Source: a virus
Taxonomy: Duplodnaviria > Caudoviricetes
Direction: 5' to 3' (one strand)
IMG/VR virus record: IMGVR_UViG_3300050156_000143
Coordinates: 213,517 to 277,516 of that record
Length of the DNA: 64,000 bases
A program made the translations under genes and the position numbers. Within the stretch, counting starts at the first letter, position 1, and each line of letters begins with the position of its first letter. The notes beneath the pieces are model-generated. The model saw nothing but the letters and a program-made list of their open reading frames with translations, made no database searches and was not told the DNA's origin. Positions 55,402 through 64,000 of the stretch are shown piece by piece.

Positions 55402-56732
55402 ACATTCGTGATTTACTTAAAACGTTGGACACTATTTCCAAGAAGCCACTAAACGAAGATGTGACTATCACCCCTTCGCAAACCCAAACCATTAAAAGTG
55501 GCAACAAAGTGATCGGACGTGTGTCTGATCCAAACCTGGCTAATCAAATCAAAGCTGGTATTGAAAAGGGTGATGTGGAATTGGATGATGAACTGAAAGA
55601 GCAAGATATGTTGGTTCCAAAGAGTGCCAAACTCGATGAAACCGCCCCAGAAGATCAAGAAGAATGGGTTCGTGCTAATAAGAAGAAGTTCGTTGAACAG
55701 TATGGTAAAACCAAGGGACTTGAAATTTTGTACGCCACTGCATGGAAGCGTCACAATGCCAGACAAGGTGTTTCTGAAGGTAAGAAACAACCTGGTGAAC
55801 CCTCAGACAGCCCAGTGGCAAAACAATACATGATTGTTGACCGGACTGGTAAACCAATTAGTAAACCATACAAATCAGAAAAGGTTGCAAAAAATATATT
55901 ACTCAAGGGCAAAGAGTCTGGTAAGTATAAAAAGTCTTTCAAGGTGGTGTGTGAATCCTCGAATTTGGTATTAGCCAATTCCACGTTGGATCATATTTTG
56001 AAGAAATTTGGTCACGAAATTGGTAAATTCAAGGATAGTGGCGAGCTTGATGGCCATTTGTATATTGCACTGTTTGATTACTATCAACACGCAGGTGATA
56101 TGCCATATGGCATCGCACATTCCAAAGACGGTGATCCGCATTCTTGGGTGGGTGACAAACTAACGCAAGAATTGACTTCACGCGGGGAAATGTATTCCGA
56201 TATTCACCCATACGATGGGGATGTTCAGTTCGAGGCGTGGACTAAACAATTCAACGAACTGTTGAGTGAAGGGATGTCAATTTCCTCTAATACTGTTTCC
56301 AACAGTGATCCCAACTATGGCGGAACCACACCATCAAAAACGATCACTGTGACTGCCACGGATGAAGATGCCGACACCTTGGCTGACATGATTAAACACG
56401 CTGGAATCGGCATGTTTGGTGATATTGAAGACGACTTGCCCGATGAAGTTGAAGTTGCCGTCGAAGGCGACTGTGAGCCACAAGTTGACGAGGACGTTGC
56501 GTGCGAATCTTGTGGCAAATGTGAATGTGAGTGTGAAGTCACCGAAGGCACGGAAACGGTAAACGGACATGATGAAGAAATTACTCAAGACAGTGATTAC
56601 ATGCTAAATACCATTTCTGGCGGGTTGAATAACAAAAAACTACAACATAAACATGGGTATAAACAAGGGGACAACCCGCTGGCAATGGATGAATTGGCGG
56701 AGATGAGAAAACTAAGTGGCATAAAAATCTAA
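55398..56732 (+). CDS. putative internal head / prohead core protein
   Basis: MNIRDLLKTLD start; many L.E motifs; acidic; ends LAEMRKLSGI. Confidence 0.6.
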   Translation: MNIRDLLKTLDTISKKPLNEDVTITPSQTQTIKSGNKVIGRVSDPNLANQIKAGIEKGDVELDDELKEQDMLVPKSAKLDETAPEDQEEWVRANKKKFVEQYGKTKGLEILYATAWKRHNARQGVSEGKKQPGEPSDSPVAKQYMIVDRTGKPISKPYKSEKVAKNILLKGKESGKYKKSFKVVCESSNLVLANSTLDHILKKFGHEIGKFKDSGELDGHLYIALFDYYQHAGDMPYGIAHSKDGDPHSWVGDKLTQELTSRGEMYSDIHPYDGDVQFEAWTKQFNELLSEGMSISSNTVSNSDPNYGGTTPSKTITVTATDEDADTLADMIKHAGIGMFGDIEDDLPDEVEVAVEGDCEPQVDEDVACESCGKCECECEVTEGTETVNGHDEEITQDSDYMLNTISGGLNNKKLQHKHGYKQGDNPLAMDELAEMRKLSGIKI

Positions 56733-56761
56733 AAACCACAAATTGATGGGAGTAGTTTATG

Positions 56762-56789
56762 GTGACTGGGTAAAACCAGTCACTTTTTT
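56762..56789 (+). terminator. Rho-independent terminator
   Basis: GTGACTGG-GTAAAA-CCAGTCAC followed by T6. Confidence 0.85.
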
Positions 56790-56813
56790 ATTGGTAGGGT
56801 CTAAATACCACAT

Positions 56814-57974
56814 ATGACGCAACAACACCTTTTCTTTGGAAGTTATCCAAACGATCTAAATGCCGATGCAATTAGAACTGCTTTTTCCAAAGTGGAAAAC
56901 AATTTCAACGATTTATACTCGCCGGGTGTTTCTACTGGAGTCACCAGTTTGCATTCAGGCGTTGGAACCACGGTTAGTCAAACGAGTGGAAATGTGGTGG
57001 TATCAGCCAACATCAATCAGGTAAAAATCCAAACCAGTACCTTAACAGTTGGAATCGGTGGTACAGGATTCACCAACACAACCCTCACGAATGGCACCCA
57101 AATACTACACATTGACATTGGAGATTCCGTTACTACGGAAACAATTGATGCAAATATCATTGAGAATGCCCAGTTTGCAGAAAGCGCTAGTGCCCAGCCC
57201 AACATCACCAGTGTTGGTGATTTGACTGACCTGACTGTTATCGGCCTCTCACAATGTGGGGAAATTGTGGCAGAAACGATAGTGGTAACTGATGGCAATC
57301 CGATAACCAGTGTTTTGACTACCGACCCCCCCGTTCAAATTGGCCTCACTACTGTAAAAAATCTAGTAATTGGAACATCCGAACTTCAGGCTCGGGATGA
57401 TGGTTCTGCTAGCCAACTGCGCGTAAATCCATATGGTGGAAATATAATTTTAGGAAATTCATCGTCCTCTGTGTACACATCCGGGACGTTAACCGTGGCG
57501 GAGCGTGCGATATTTGGCGCAAACTCGGATGTGGAATTCCGAAATCAGACTCCGGCCACTGATGTAAACACTGCTGCGGTGATATTGTCAGGCGGGATTT
57601 CAGTAGCAGCCAATGCTATCGTGAACGGATCAATCATGCAAGGACAGGGGTCATCGGTGTTGGTTGAACAGTCTGCGCGTACAGTATCACTGGCAACCGT
57701 TTCCACTGTGAATATTGATAATTGGGATAACGCGGTGTACCACGCTTGTAAATATACGATCACTATCGTGCAAGGCAGCAATATTCACACCGCAGACATC
57801 ATGGTGGCATATGGTGGATCGTCTGCAATAATGACTTCCACCAACCTCTCCAATACTGCAATATTGGGTACATTTTCAGTATTAACTTCGTCTAGTTTGG
57901 TTTACCTCAGACTGACAATGGCTACTGGCACTAGTGCAAAAGTAACAATGCACAAGATTTTATTCAGGAATTGA
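56814..57974 (+). CDS. tail/baseplate-associated fibre-like structural protein
   Basis: CTAAATA at 56801; PND..D..R.AF.K...NF..LY N-terminus; beta-rich. Confidence 0.7.
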   Translation: MTQQHLFFGSYPNDLNADAIRTAFSKVENNFNDLYSPGVSTGVTSLHSGVGTTVSQTSGNVVVSANINQVKIQTSTLTVGIGGTGFTNTTLTNGTQILHIDIGDSVTTETIDANIIENAQFAESASAQPNITSVGDLTDLTVIGLSQCGEIVAETIVVTDGNPITSVLTTDPPVQIGLTTVKNLVIGTSELQARDDGSASQLRVNPYGGNIILGNSSSSVYTSGTLTVAERAIFGANSDVEFRNQTPATDVNTAAVILSGGISVAANAIVNGSIMQGQGSSVLVEQSARTVSLATVSTVNIDNWDNAVYHACKYTITIVQGSNIHTADIMVAYGGSSAIMTSTNLSNTAILGTFSVLTSSSLVYLRLTMATGTSAKVTMHKILFRN

Positions 57975-57976
57975 TC

Positions 57977-58591
57977 ATGGAAATCACCAAAGAAGTGTTG
58001 AAAACGGTCGCCAAATTTGCTCCCGACGCTAGGTTAACAGAATATTCAAACTTGTTTAACGAATTGTTTCCGAAGTATGGACTAACCACTAAATTACGTG
58101 TAGCTCATTTTGTGGCACAAGTTGCGCATGAAAGTGGTGGGTTCACTGTGGTTGTTGAAAATCTAAATTATTCAGCAGAAGGCCTGACAAAAGTCTTTTC
58201 AAAATATTTCCCAAACATGATATTGGCCAATAAGTATGCCAGGCAGCCAGAAAAGATTGCCAATCTGGTGTATGCAAATCGTATGGGGAACGGTGCCGAA
58301 CAATCTGGTGACGGGTTTACGTACCGTGGTAGAGGATTGATCCAACTTACTGGGAAAAATGGATACGAGCAATTTGCCAAATATTCCGACTTGAGCATCG
58401 ACGATGCGGTAACTTTATGCTCTACGCCGCGAGGATGTGTGTTAAGTGCGTTGTGGTTTTGGGATGCAAATAAGCTGAATGATATCGCTGATCAACACGA
58501 TATTTTAAAGATAACCAAACGTATCAACGGTGGCACCAACGGCCTCGACGAGCGTCAATCAAACTACATAGCGATTTCCAAGGTATTATGA
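57977..58591 (+). CDS. glycoside hydrolase family 19 lysin
   Basis: AHF.AQ.AHES.GF...ENLNYS, YRGRGLIQLTG, TKRINGG.NGL..R. Confidence 0.92.
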   Translation: MEITKEVLKTVAKFAPDARLTEYSNLFNELFPKYGLTTKLRVAHFVAQVAHESGGFTVVVENLNYSAEGLTKVFSKYFPNMILANKYARQPEKIANLVYANRMGNGAEQSGDGFTYRGRGLIQLTGKNGYEQFAKYSDLSIDDAVTLCSTPRGCVLSALWFWDANKLNDIADQHDILKITKRINGGTNGLDERQSNYIAISKVL

Positions 58592-60555
58592 CCCAGCCAA
58601 CGTGGAACGAGCTTAATATTGGTGAATTCACGATTGGCGACAGTGTGGACATCACGTTGTCGGTGATTGTTTATCCACCTGCCACAGAAGCGACATTCTC
58701 AATATTGAACGGACAGTTGCCGCCAGGTTTGAGTTTAGTAAATTCTCATATTATTGGCACAGTTAGTCAAGGTGGCACGTTTACCTGTACCATACGGGCA
58801 ACTGACACATATTCGCAAATCCGTGACAAAACGTTGACTATCACCGTGGACTCAGCTATTGCACCAGAATGGGGTGTGTCGGGTTTGTTGTTCACAGTGA
58901 ATGACGCCACATGGGTGGATTTTGATCTAACCTATACCACATATTCCACCCCATTAGTGGAATTGGTCAGTGGTGAACTACCAGATGGGCTTGAGTTGTC
59001 TTCTACTGGAAAAATCCGTGGCTGGGTAAATGTCAATAAATTGGCCAATGGCAATCAGGTGAGCAAAACGAGTGAATTCACATTGAGCCTAGCAGATGAG
59101 TTTGGCGCTGTGGATCGAGTGTTCACTGCCCAAGTTAATGTCCAAAGTGCTGGAACACGGGTGCCAGTCATTTTAACTGATCATCCAGAGCATTTGGAAA
59201 TTCCAATAGATGACCCCTACCGACAATTTTATACTGACGGGTATATCGGTACATACCAGAGCGGTGATCCTATCGTGTTTAAGGTGATTGCCAGGGATTT
59301 TGACAATGATGACCTAACTTATGAGTTTACCGGCTTGCCATCCGGGTTAATCGGGAATGATACCGGATGGATTACCGGAAACATCACCTTGACAACTGAT
59401 GGTATTACACAGTTTGAGTTTGACGTTACGGTTAAGAAAACTGACGCTCCTTTGATAGTATCAGACACAAAAACGTTCACGTTAAATGTGCAGAAAAACA
59501 TAAACGACACTATCACTTGGGTAACCGATACCTCGTTAATATCTTTGTATAATGGTGAAATCTCTTCGCTATCGGTGTATGCTGATTCTGACACTGAGTT
59601 GAATTATGAAGTCACTTCTGGGCAATTGCCTGAAAACCTTGAACTAAACAGTGATGGTCAAATTGTTGGGCAAGTTTCACTACAATTAACAGAAATAACT
59701 GACCAAAGAACATACATATTCACTGTTACAGCCACGTCGTCAGAGTATTCTTTTATATCGGCCTCAAAACAGTTTTCACTAACTGTGATACAAGCTCACG
59801 CGCCATATGATTATTTGTATTTTAAGGCCACGCCCGATGTGGAATCGCGGGAACTGTTGGATTCGGTTTTATCATCTTCCGTCTTGTTCCCAGATTCTGA
59901 AATTTTTAGACCCTATGATGAGCATTTTGGGGTCAGTCGTCTGCCAATATTTCCATTCGTGTATGGGGTAAAACCAACCATATTGTCTGCCATTTCTGAT
60001 GGAATGAGCCAATCCCACTATAACAAACGAGTGGTGTTCGGGGAATTACAAACCGCAGTGGCGCAGAATTATGAAGTAGTGTATTTGCCCATAATCGACC
60101 AACTTGACGGTGCAAATTACACCAGGGCGATAGACCCTCCTATAACCCACTGTGGCAACACAATATATGCACTTTACCCAAACACTTATGCCAATATGCT
60201 AGCCACATTGTCGAAAACCGTGAATATCACTCCCGAAGATACAATGTTGCCACAGTGGATGAGATTTCAACAACCATCGGGAGAAACTCTTGGATTTACA
60301 CGGGCGTGGGTGTTGTGTTACACAAAGGTGGGAAAGTCAGCCACAATAAAACAACGGTTACTAGACGATGGTATCAATTTTAATGAAATCGACTTCACTA
60401 TAGATCGTTATTATGTGGATAAAAGCTCCACCTTCAATTACAACGAACAATGGGAAACGCCAGTTTGGAGTGAAATTCCTGGTGGAGTACCCACCCCCTC
60501 ACCATTGAACTCAAAAGATCACATGGTATCGTTTCCAAGACTGGATATAATTTAA
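58588..60555 (+). CDS. baseplate wedge-like protein with Ig-like repeats
   Basis: Repeated G.LP.GL.L...G.I.G motifs; C-terminal LP.WM...Q..G..LGF..A..LCY.K.G. Confidence 0.75.
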   Translation: MTQPTWNELNIGEFTIGDSVDITLSVIVYPPATEATFSILNGQLPPGLSLVNSHIIGTVSQGGTFTCTIRATDTYSQIRDKTLTITVDSAIAPEWGVSGLLFTVNDATWVDFDLTYTTYSTPLVELVSGELPDGLELSSTGKIRGWVNVNKLANGNQVSKTSEFTLSLADEFGAVDRVFTAQVNVQSAGTRVPVILTDHPEHLEIPIDDPYRQFYTDGYIGTYQSGDPIVFKVIARDFDNDDLTYEFTGLPSGLIGNDTGWITGNITLTTDGITQFEFDVTVKKTDAPLIVSDTKTFTLNVQKNINDTITWVTDTSLISLYNGEISSLSVYADSDTELNYEVTSGQLPENLELNSDGQIVGQVSLQLTEITDQRTYIFTVTATSSEYSFISASKQFSLTVIQAHAPYDYLYFKATPDVESRELLDSVLSSSVLFPDSEIFRPYDEHFGVSRLPIFPFVYGVKPTILSAISDGMSQSHYNKRVVFGELQTAVAQNYEVVYLPIIDQLDGANYTRAIDPPITHCGNTIYALYPNTYANMLATLSKTVNITPEDTMLPQWMRFQQPSGETLGFTRAWVLCYTKVGKSATIKQRLLDDGINFNEIDFTIDRYYVDKSSTFNYNEQWETPVWSEIPGGVPTPSPLNSKDHMVSFPRLDII

Positions 60556-60557
60556 TC

Positions 60558-61292
60558 ATGAGTAAAATAAGCACAAACAATTTGGATACCTCGTATCCAG
60601 TCCCTGGGGTAAACAATACGTCACAGGGGTTTCGGACAAATTTTCAGGTCATTAAAACTGCACTGGATCAAGCAGCCACTGAACTTTCAGAATTGCAATC
60701 AAACGTGGTGTTAAAAAGTGGGTTATCTGGGGCACCCCTCGATAATGACATGGAAGGCACCATGCTGTCCAACGTGTTAACCACGGGTTTTAGGCAGCAG
60801 ACCTACAATTTGGGGTCAGGATTGTCTGGCACCGCGGTAATTGACATGGCCAACGCCAACGTGCAACATGGCACCATAGACGGCGATGTTTTGCTGGAGT
60901 TTGCGTCATGGACACCTTCTGGGACATTGTGTGAGCTAGAGTTGTTGCTGTCTTTTTCTGACACAACAGCAACCGTGGAATTTCCCAGTTCTGTGGTAAA
61001 TGTTTCAACACTCGTGAATTCAAGCGGACAAACCGTGTCTCTTAAAAATGGACAGACAAAATTGCACTTCAAGTTGTATACCATAGATTGTGGAACAACC
61101 GTGTATGTTTTGCCACTGTCAAATACACCCAAAGTATCACATATTCAAACTAGAACACCCGTGAGAATCGGTGCCCAAGGCGATCTTAAAGGTGCAGTTT
61201 GTGTTGATACTAATTATTTGTATATTTGTTATGCGGATTATAACGGAACTAATAACATTTGGTCTAGAATTGCGGTGAATAATGTTTGGTGA
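60558..61292 (+). CDS. virion structural protein
   Basis: ID..YPV.G..N.SQGFR.NF..IK motif. Confidence 0.7.
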   Translation: MSKISTNNLDTSYPVPGVNNTSQGFRTNFQVIKTALDQAATELSELQSNVVLKSGLSGAPLDNDMEGTMLSNVLTTGFRQQTYNLGSGLSGTAVIDMANANVQHGTIDGDVLLEFASWTPSGTLCELELLLSFSDTTATVEFPSSVVNVSTLVNSSGQTVSLKNGQTKLHFKLYTIDCGTTVYVLPLSNTPKVSHIQTRTPVRIGAQGDLKGAVCVDTNYLYICYADYNGTNNIWSRIAVNNVW

Positions 61293-61545
61293 GTCTCATC
61301 CGTTTTCTGGAGATTTGACGAATCTATCAATGGCGGAATTGATGGAAAAAACCGCGGAGTTGTACAAGAAACGAGCAATTGCTGCTAGACTTGGTAATCC
61401 AGTCTTACTACAACAGCTCGACATGTTGATCTACAGTTACAACCTACGGTCTCAAGAGCTTGCCTCTCAAGAAATGGCACGCATCGCTGAACAGCACATG
61501 AGTAAAAAAGAGATCAGAGCAATGCGAGCAAAGACACAGCCCTGA
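61282..61545 (+). CDS. hypothetical protein
   Basis: HPF..DL..LS..EL motif. Confidence 0.6.
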   Translation: MFGESHPFSGDLTNLSMAELMEKTAELYKKRAIAARLGNPVLLQQLDMLIYSYNLRSQELASQEMARIAEQHMSKKEIRAMRAKTQP

Positions 61546-61573
61546 CCCCTACCGTTGTGGTACAGTGTCTCCC

Positions 61574-62080
61574 ATGTTCACAGACACGTACTCCAACATA
61601 GTTGCCACCGAGGATGACATCCTGCATCTTCTCTTAACGAATCCACAAAAGCCAATAAACCGCGCACTTGTGGAGTTTGACGTTAATATCCCTGAAGAAC
61701 TGGAATTGGATAAGTTTCCAATACTGACAACATATATTCCACCAACGGGATCAGTGGAGGAATATGACGCAAAATGTCAAGAAAACTGGCATATGCCGGT
61801 GGAATACAAAACGTTGGACATTGTGGATTACGTTGTCACTAAGTGTAAGTCGGACGTTGAGCTTCAACGTGTTGCCACCGAGCTAGAAATGTTTGAAGAA
61901 CGTGGTATGATGATGCTCCTACGCTACTTGGTCTACCTTGTTGACACCATGAAGAAAAACAATGTGGTATGGGGGGTTGGACGCGGCAGCAGCGTTGCAA
62001 GTTATGTATTATATCTAATTGGCATGCACCGTATTAATTCAATTTTGTATGAATTGGATATATCAGAGTTTTTGAAATAA
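61574..62080 (+). CDS. dnaE: DNA polymerase III alpha (DnaE)-like fragment carrying the GRGS motif
   Basis: RV..EL..F..RG...L..LVD......WGVGRGSS.AS.VLYLIG.H.INS...L...EFLK. Confidence 0.8.
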   Translation: MFTDTYSNIVATEDDILHLLLTNPQKPINRALVEFDVNIPEELELDKFPILTTYIPPTGSVEEYDAKCQENWHMPVEYKTLDIVDYVVTKCKSDVELQRVATELEMFEERGMMMLLRYLVYLVDTMKKNNVVWGVGRGSSVASYVLYLIGMHRINSILYELDISEFLK

Positions 62081-62093
62081 TTTTGGAGAAAAT

Positions 62094-62345
62094 ATGTCAA
62101 TAGTAAGAAGTGGTCGTGGTAAACCCATTGATATGGGGCAATTGGCGGCTCAACATGAAAATGTTCGTGCAGTTGGGAATATGAGCATAAATGCACGTGG
62201 GGATCGCATCGATTCAACGAATCAGGTGGTGAAAACAAAGTCAGCCACGGTGCAAGAACAATATAAGGAAACGGTGACTGAAGTAAAACCTGTTGCTAAG
62301 GTTGAACAAAAAATTGAAGCACCTGTTGTGCGTAAGCGTAAATGA
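62094..62345 (+). CDS. conserved hypothetical protein
   Basis: S.RG...DM..L...E...AVGNM..NARGD motif; GGAG RBS. Confidence 0.7.
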   Translation: MSIVRSGRGKPIDMGQLAAQHENVRAVGNMSINARGDRIDSTNQVVKTKSATVQEQYKETVTEVKPVAKVEQKIEAPVVRKRK

Positions 62346-62365
62346 CCATCTGAGGGAAATTTGAT

Positions 62366-62722
62366 ATGATGCTTGAAGCATGGGAATTGGAAAAGTTAGA
62401 AGCACTTGGACAAAACATCTTAGTGTGTGATATGGTGTTTAACGAGCGGATGAATTCTGGTGGCATCATTTTGTTGAACGATGACGGCAAGTTATCTGGA
62501 ATTAGGCCACGATGGGCAAAAATATACGCCATTGGCCCAGATCAACGTGATCCAAACCTTGTGCCAGGAAAATGGGTATTCATTGAACATGGTCGTTGGA
62601 GTCGTGGCATCAAAATCAAAGACTCAACTGGAGAAAAGGTCATCCGCAAAGCTGACCCAACTGCACTATTATTGATCAGCGATACTGAACAATTTGATGA
62701 CACGATGGGAGACAAGGTTTGA
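62366..62722 (+). CDS. GroES-like co-chaperonin
   Basis: L...ILV..M, T/S.GGIIL..D, V..IGP, V.PG.WV. Confidence 0.8.
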   Translation: MMLEAWELEKLEALGQNILVCDMVFNERMNSGGIILLNDDGKLSGIRPRWAKIYAIGPDQRDPNLVPGKWVFIEHGRWSRGIKIKDSTGEKVIRKADPTALLLISDTEQFDDTMGDKV

Positions 62723-63003
62723 GAAAGTTACTAAAACGGATGATCGAATGGGTGATGAAGCCAACCCCAAACGAAGTCAAATTTGTTCATCCAAGTTACA
62801 TTCCCCAAGACGACTTTTATGCCGCGCTCGGTAGAACCGGGATGAATCTGATCGTGACAAAATGTGTTGGAGGCTGGGCGATCACTACATGCACTATAGA
62901 CCAACACGGCAACCCAACACGAACCGTGTATGTATTTTCGGAGGACACTGATTTATCCAAAGAAATTGGTGGCATTTTGTATACACTCATGCTTACGAGG
63001 TGA
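62719..63003 (+). CDS. hypothetical protein
   Basis: TTGA overlap; packed ORF. Confidence 0.6.
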   Translation: MRKLLKRMIEWVMKPTPNEVKFVHPSYIPQDDFYAALGRTGMNLIVTKCVGGWAITTCTIDQHGNPTRTVYVFSEDTDLSKEIGGILYTLMLTR

Positions 63004-63938
63004 TTTTGAGTTTTACTCATTTGTGGTATGAAAAATACCGTCCGACTAAATTGGATGATTATGTATTTGTTGACGAATCGTTGAAGGTCGAAGTGACACA
63101 ATGGGTTTGTGACAAATCTATTCCAAATTTGTTGTTATCTGGCAATCCTGGTGTGGGGAAATCGGCCTTGGCAAACGTGTTGATCAACGAGTTGGGAGTG
63201 CATGAATACGACGTGTTGACGATCAATGCTTCCCGTGAAAACGGGGTAGATGTTATGCGTACCAAGATCGCATCGTTCATTTGCACCTCATCGTTTGGGG
63301 ACACGTGTAAAATCGTGTTTTTGGATGAGGCGGATTATTGCTCAGAAGAGTTTCAGGCCGCATTGCGTAGCGATATTGAAACGTATCATTCAGACGTTCG
63401 GTTCATTTTGACCTGCAACTATGTGAATAAAATCATGCCAGCGTTGCGGCAATCTAGGTTGACCCATATTGCAATCGGGGAATTGGACAAGGTTGAATTC
63501 CTTTGTCGTGCTGCTACTGTGTTGGCGATGGAGAATGTCCAGTTTGATGACAGTGTGCTAGAAACTTTTGTCTCAGCGTCGTTCCCGGATATGAGACACT
63601 GTTTGAATCAATTGCAGCGCAATAGTCGATCAGGCGTGCTATGTGTGCCAGCCACTGTTGGCATGAATGATTCGTCGTTAGTGTTGGTGGCCACATTGTT
63701 CAAGCAACGTAAGGTATATGATGCGCGAGTGCAGTTGCTGCGTTATTTGGCAATAAACCCGTCCAGATTGGAGGACATTTACAAATGGATGTATAACAAT
63801 TTGGATTTATGGGGCAAAACATCAGACGACAAAGATTCAGCAATTTTAATCATCGCTAGTGGGCTGGAATCAATGGCTAGAGTCGGTATCCCCGAAATCT
63901 GCTTATCCAGCTCCCTTATTCAACTTAGTAGGATTTAA
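63000..63938 (+). CDS. sliding-clamp loader subunit (RFC/T4 gp44-like)
   Basis: W.EKYRP, G.PGVGKS, INAS, LDEAD, FILTCN, SR, PD.R. Confidence 0.92.
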   Translation: MILSFTHLWYEKYRPTKLDDYVFVDESLKVEVTQWVCDKSIPNLLLSGNPGVGKSALANVLINELGVHEYDVLTINASRENGVDVMRTKIASFICTSSFGDTCKIVFLDEADYCSEEFQAALRSDIETYHSDVRFILTCNYVNKIMPALRQSRLTHIAIGELDKVEFLCRAATVLAMENVQFDDSVLETFVSASFPDMRHCLNQLQRNSRSGVLCVPATVGMNDSSLVLVATLFKQRKVYDARVQLLRYLAINPSRLEDIYKWMYNNLDLWGKTSDDKDSAILIIASGLESMARVGIPEICLSSSLIQLSRI

Positions 63939-64000
63939 TATGTCACGGCGAATATCAATTTAACACTGGCGCCATTAATGGCACACATTTAACATCAACG

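Noticed and set aside
1-64000. Stop-codon reassignment (seen in some large phages)
   Set aside because: Long conserved genes are unbroken in the standard code, and TAG (e.g. 42756, 48834), TGA and TAA all act as stops directly before the next start.
1-64000. tRNA or rRNA genes, integrase, inteins, homing endonucleases
   Set aside because: No T-loop/cloverleaf signature or such motifs were recognised by eye, and helicase, primase and ClpA have normal lengths. tRNAscan was not run.
63940-64000. ATG at 63940 as a new gene start
   Set aside because: The frame closes after 7 codons; the segment is more likely the 3' end of a minus-strand gene beyond the window.

Overview
This 64 kb window is a gene-dense segment of a large lytic T4-like myovirus, probably a jumbo phage. 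By gene content it resembles the RAK2/GAP32-type and uncultured freshwater large phages (inference; not checked by search). It uses the standard genetic code. Virion genes include neck gp13- and gp14-like proteins, gp15 tail completion, a 1198-aa gp18 sheath, gp19 tube, a tube-like/baseplate protein, gp4 head completion, fibre and baseplate proteins and a GH19 lysin. Replication genes include primase, a DnaB/gp41 helicase, a clamp-loader subunit, dNMP kinase, a PD-(D/E)xK exonuclease and two separated fragments of a minimal DnaE. Host-takeover genes include ClpA, GroES, Rnl1- and Rnl2-type RNA ligases, a catalytic-core-only GlyRS, a MazG-like NTP-PPase, two Nudix hydrolases, three ART-like proteins, an NYN RNase, a GP88 Cys-cluster protein and an adenine methyltransferase. 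Late genes are preceded by a YTAAATA promoter motif. Accessory clusters start at a repeated TACACTGCATTCA-CTGC-N6-GCAG promoter/stem-loop. The strongest leads are: (1) a ~720-bp ORF-free, densely base-paired region at 37.45-38.17 kb (candidate large ncRNA and/or replication origin); (2) an array of 6-7 small SH3/KOW-like paralogs sharing a '[IL]A..LRG' leader at 40.2-42.8 kb; (3) an intein-less split mini-DnaE; and (4) late-expressed enzymes, some with capsid-targeting-like N-termini, that may be injected effectors. No tRNA, CRISPR array, reverse transcriptase or integrase was seen. All family calls are by motif recognition, not database searches.
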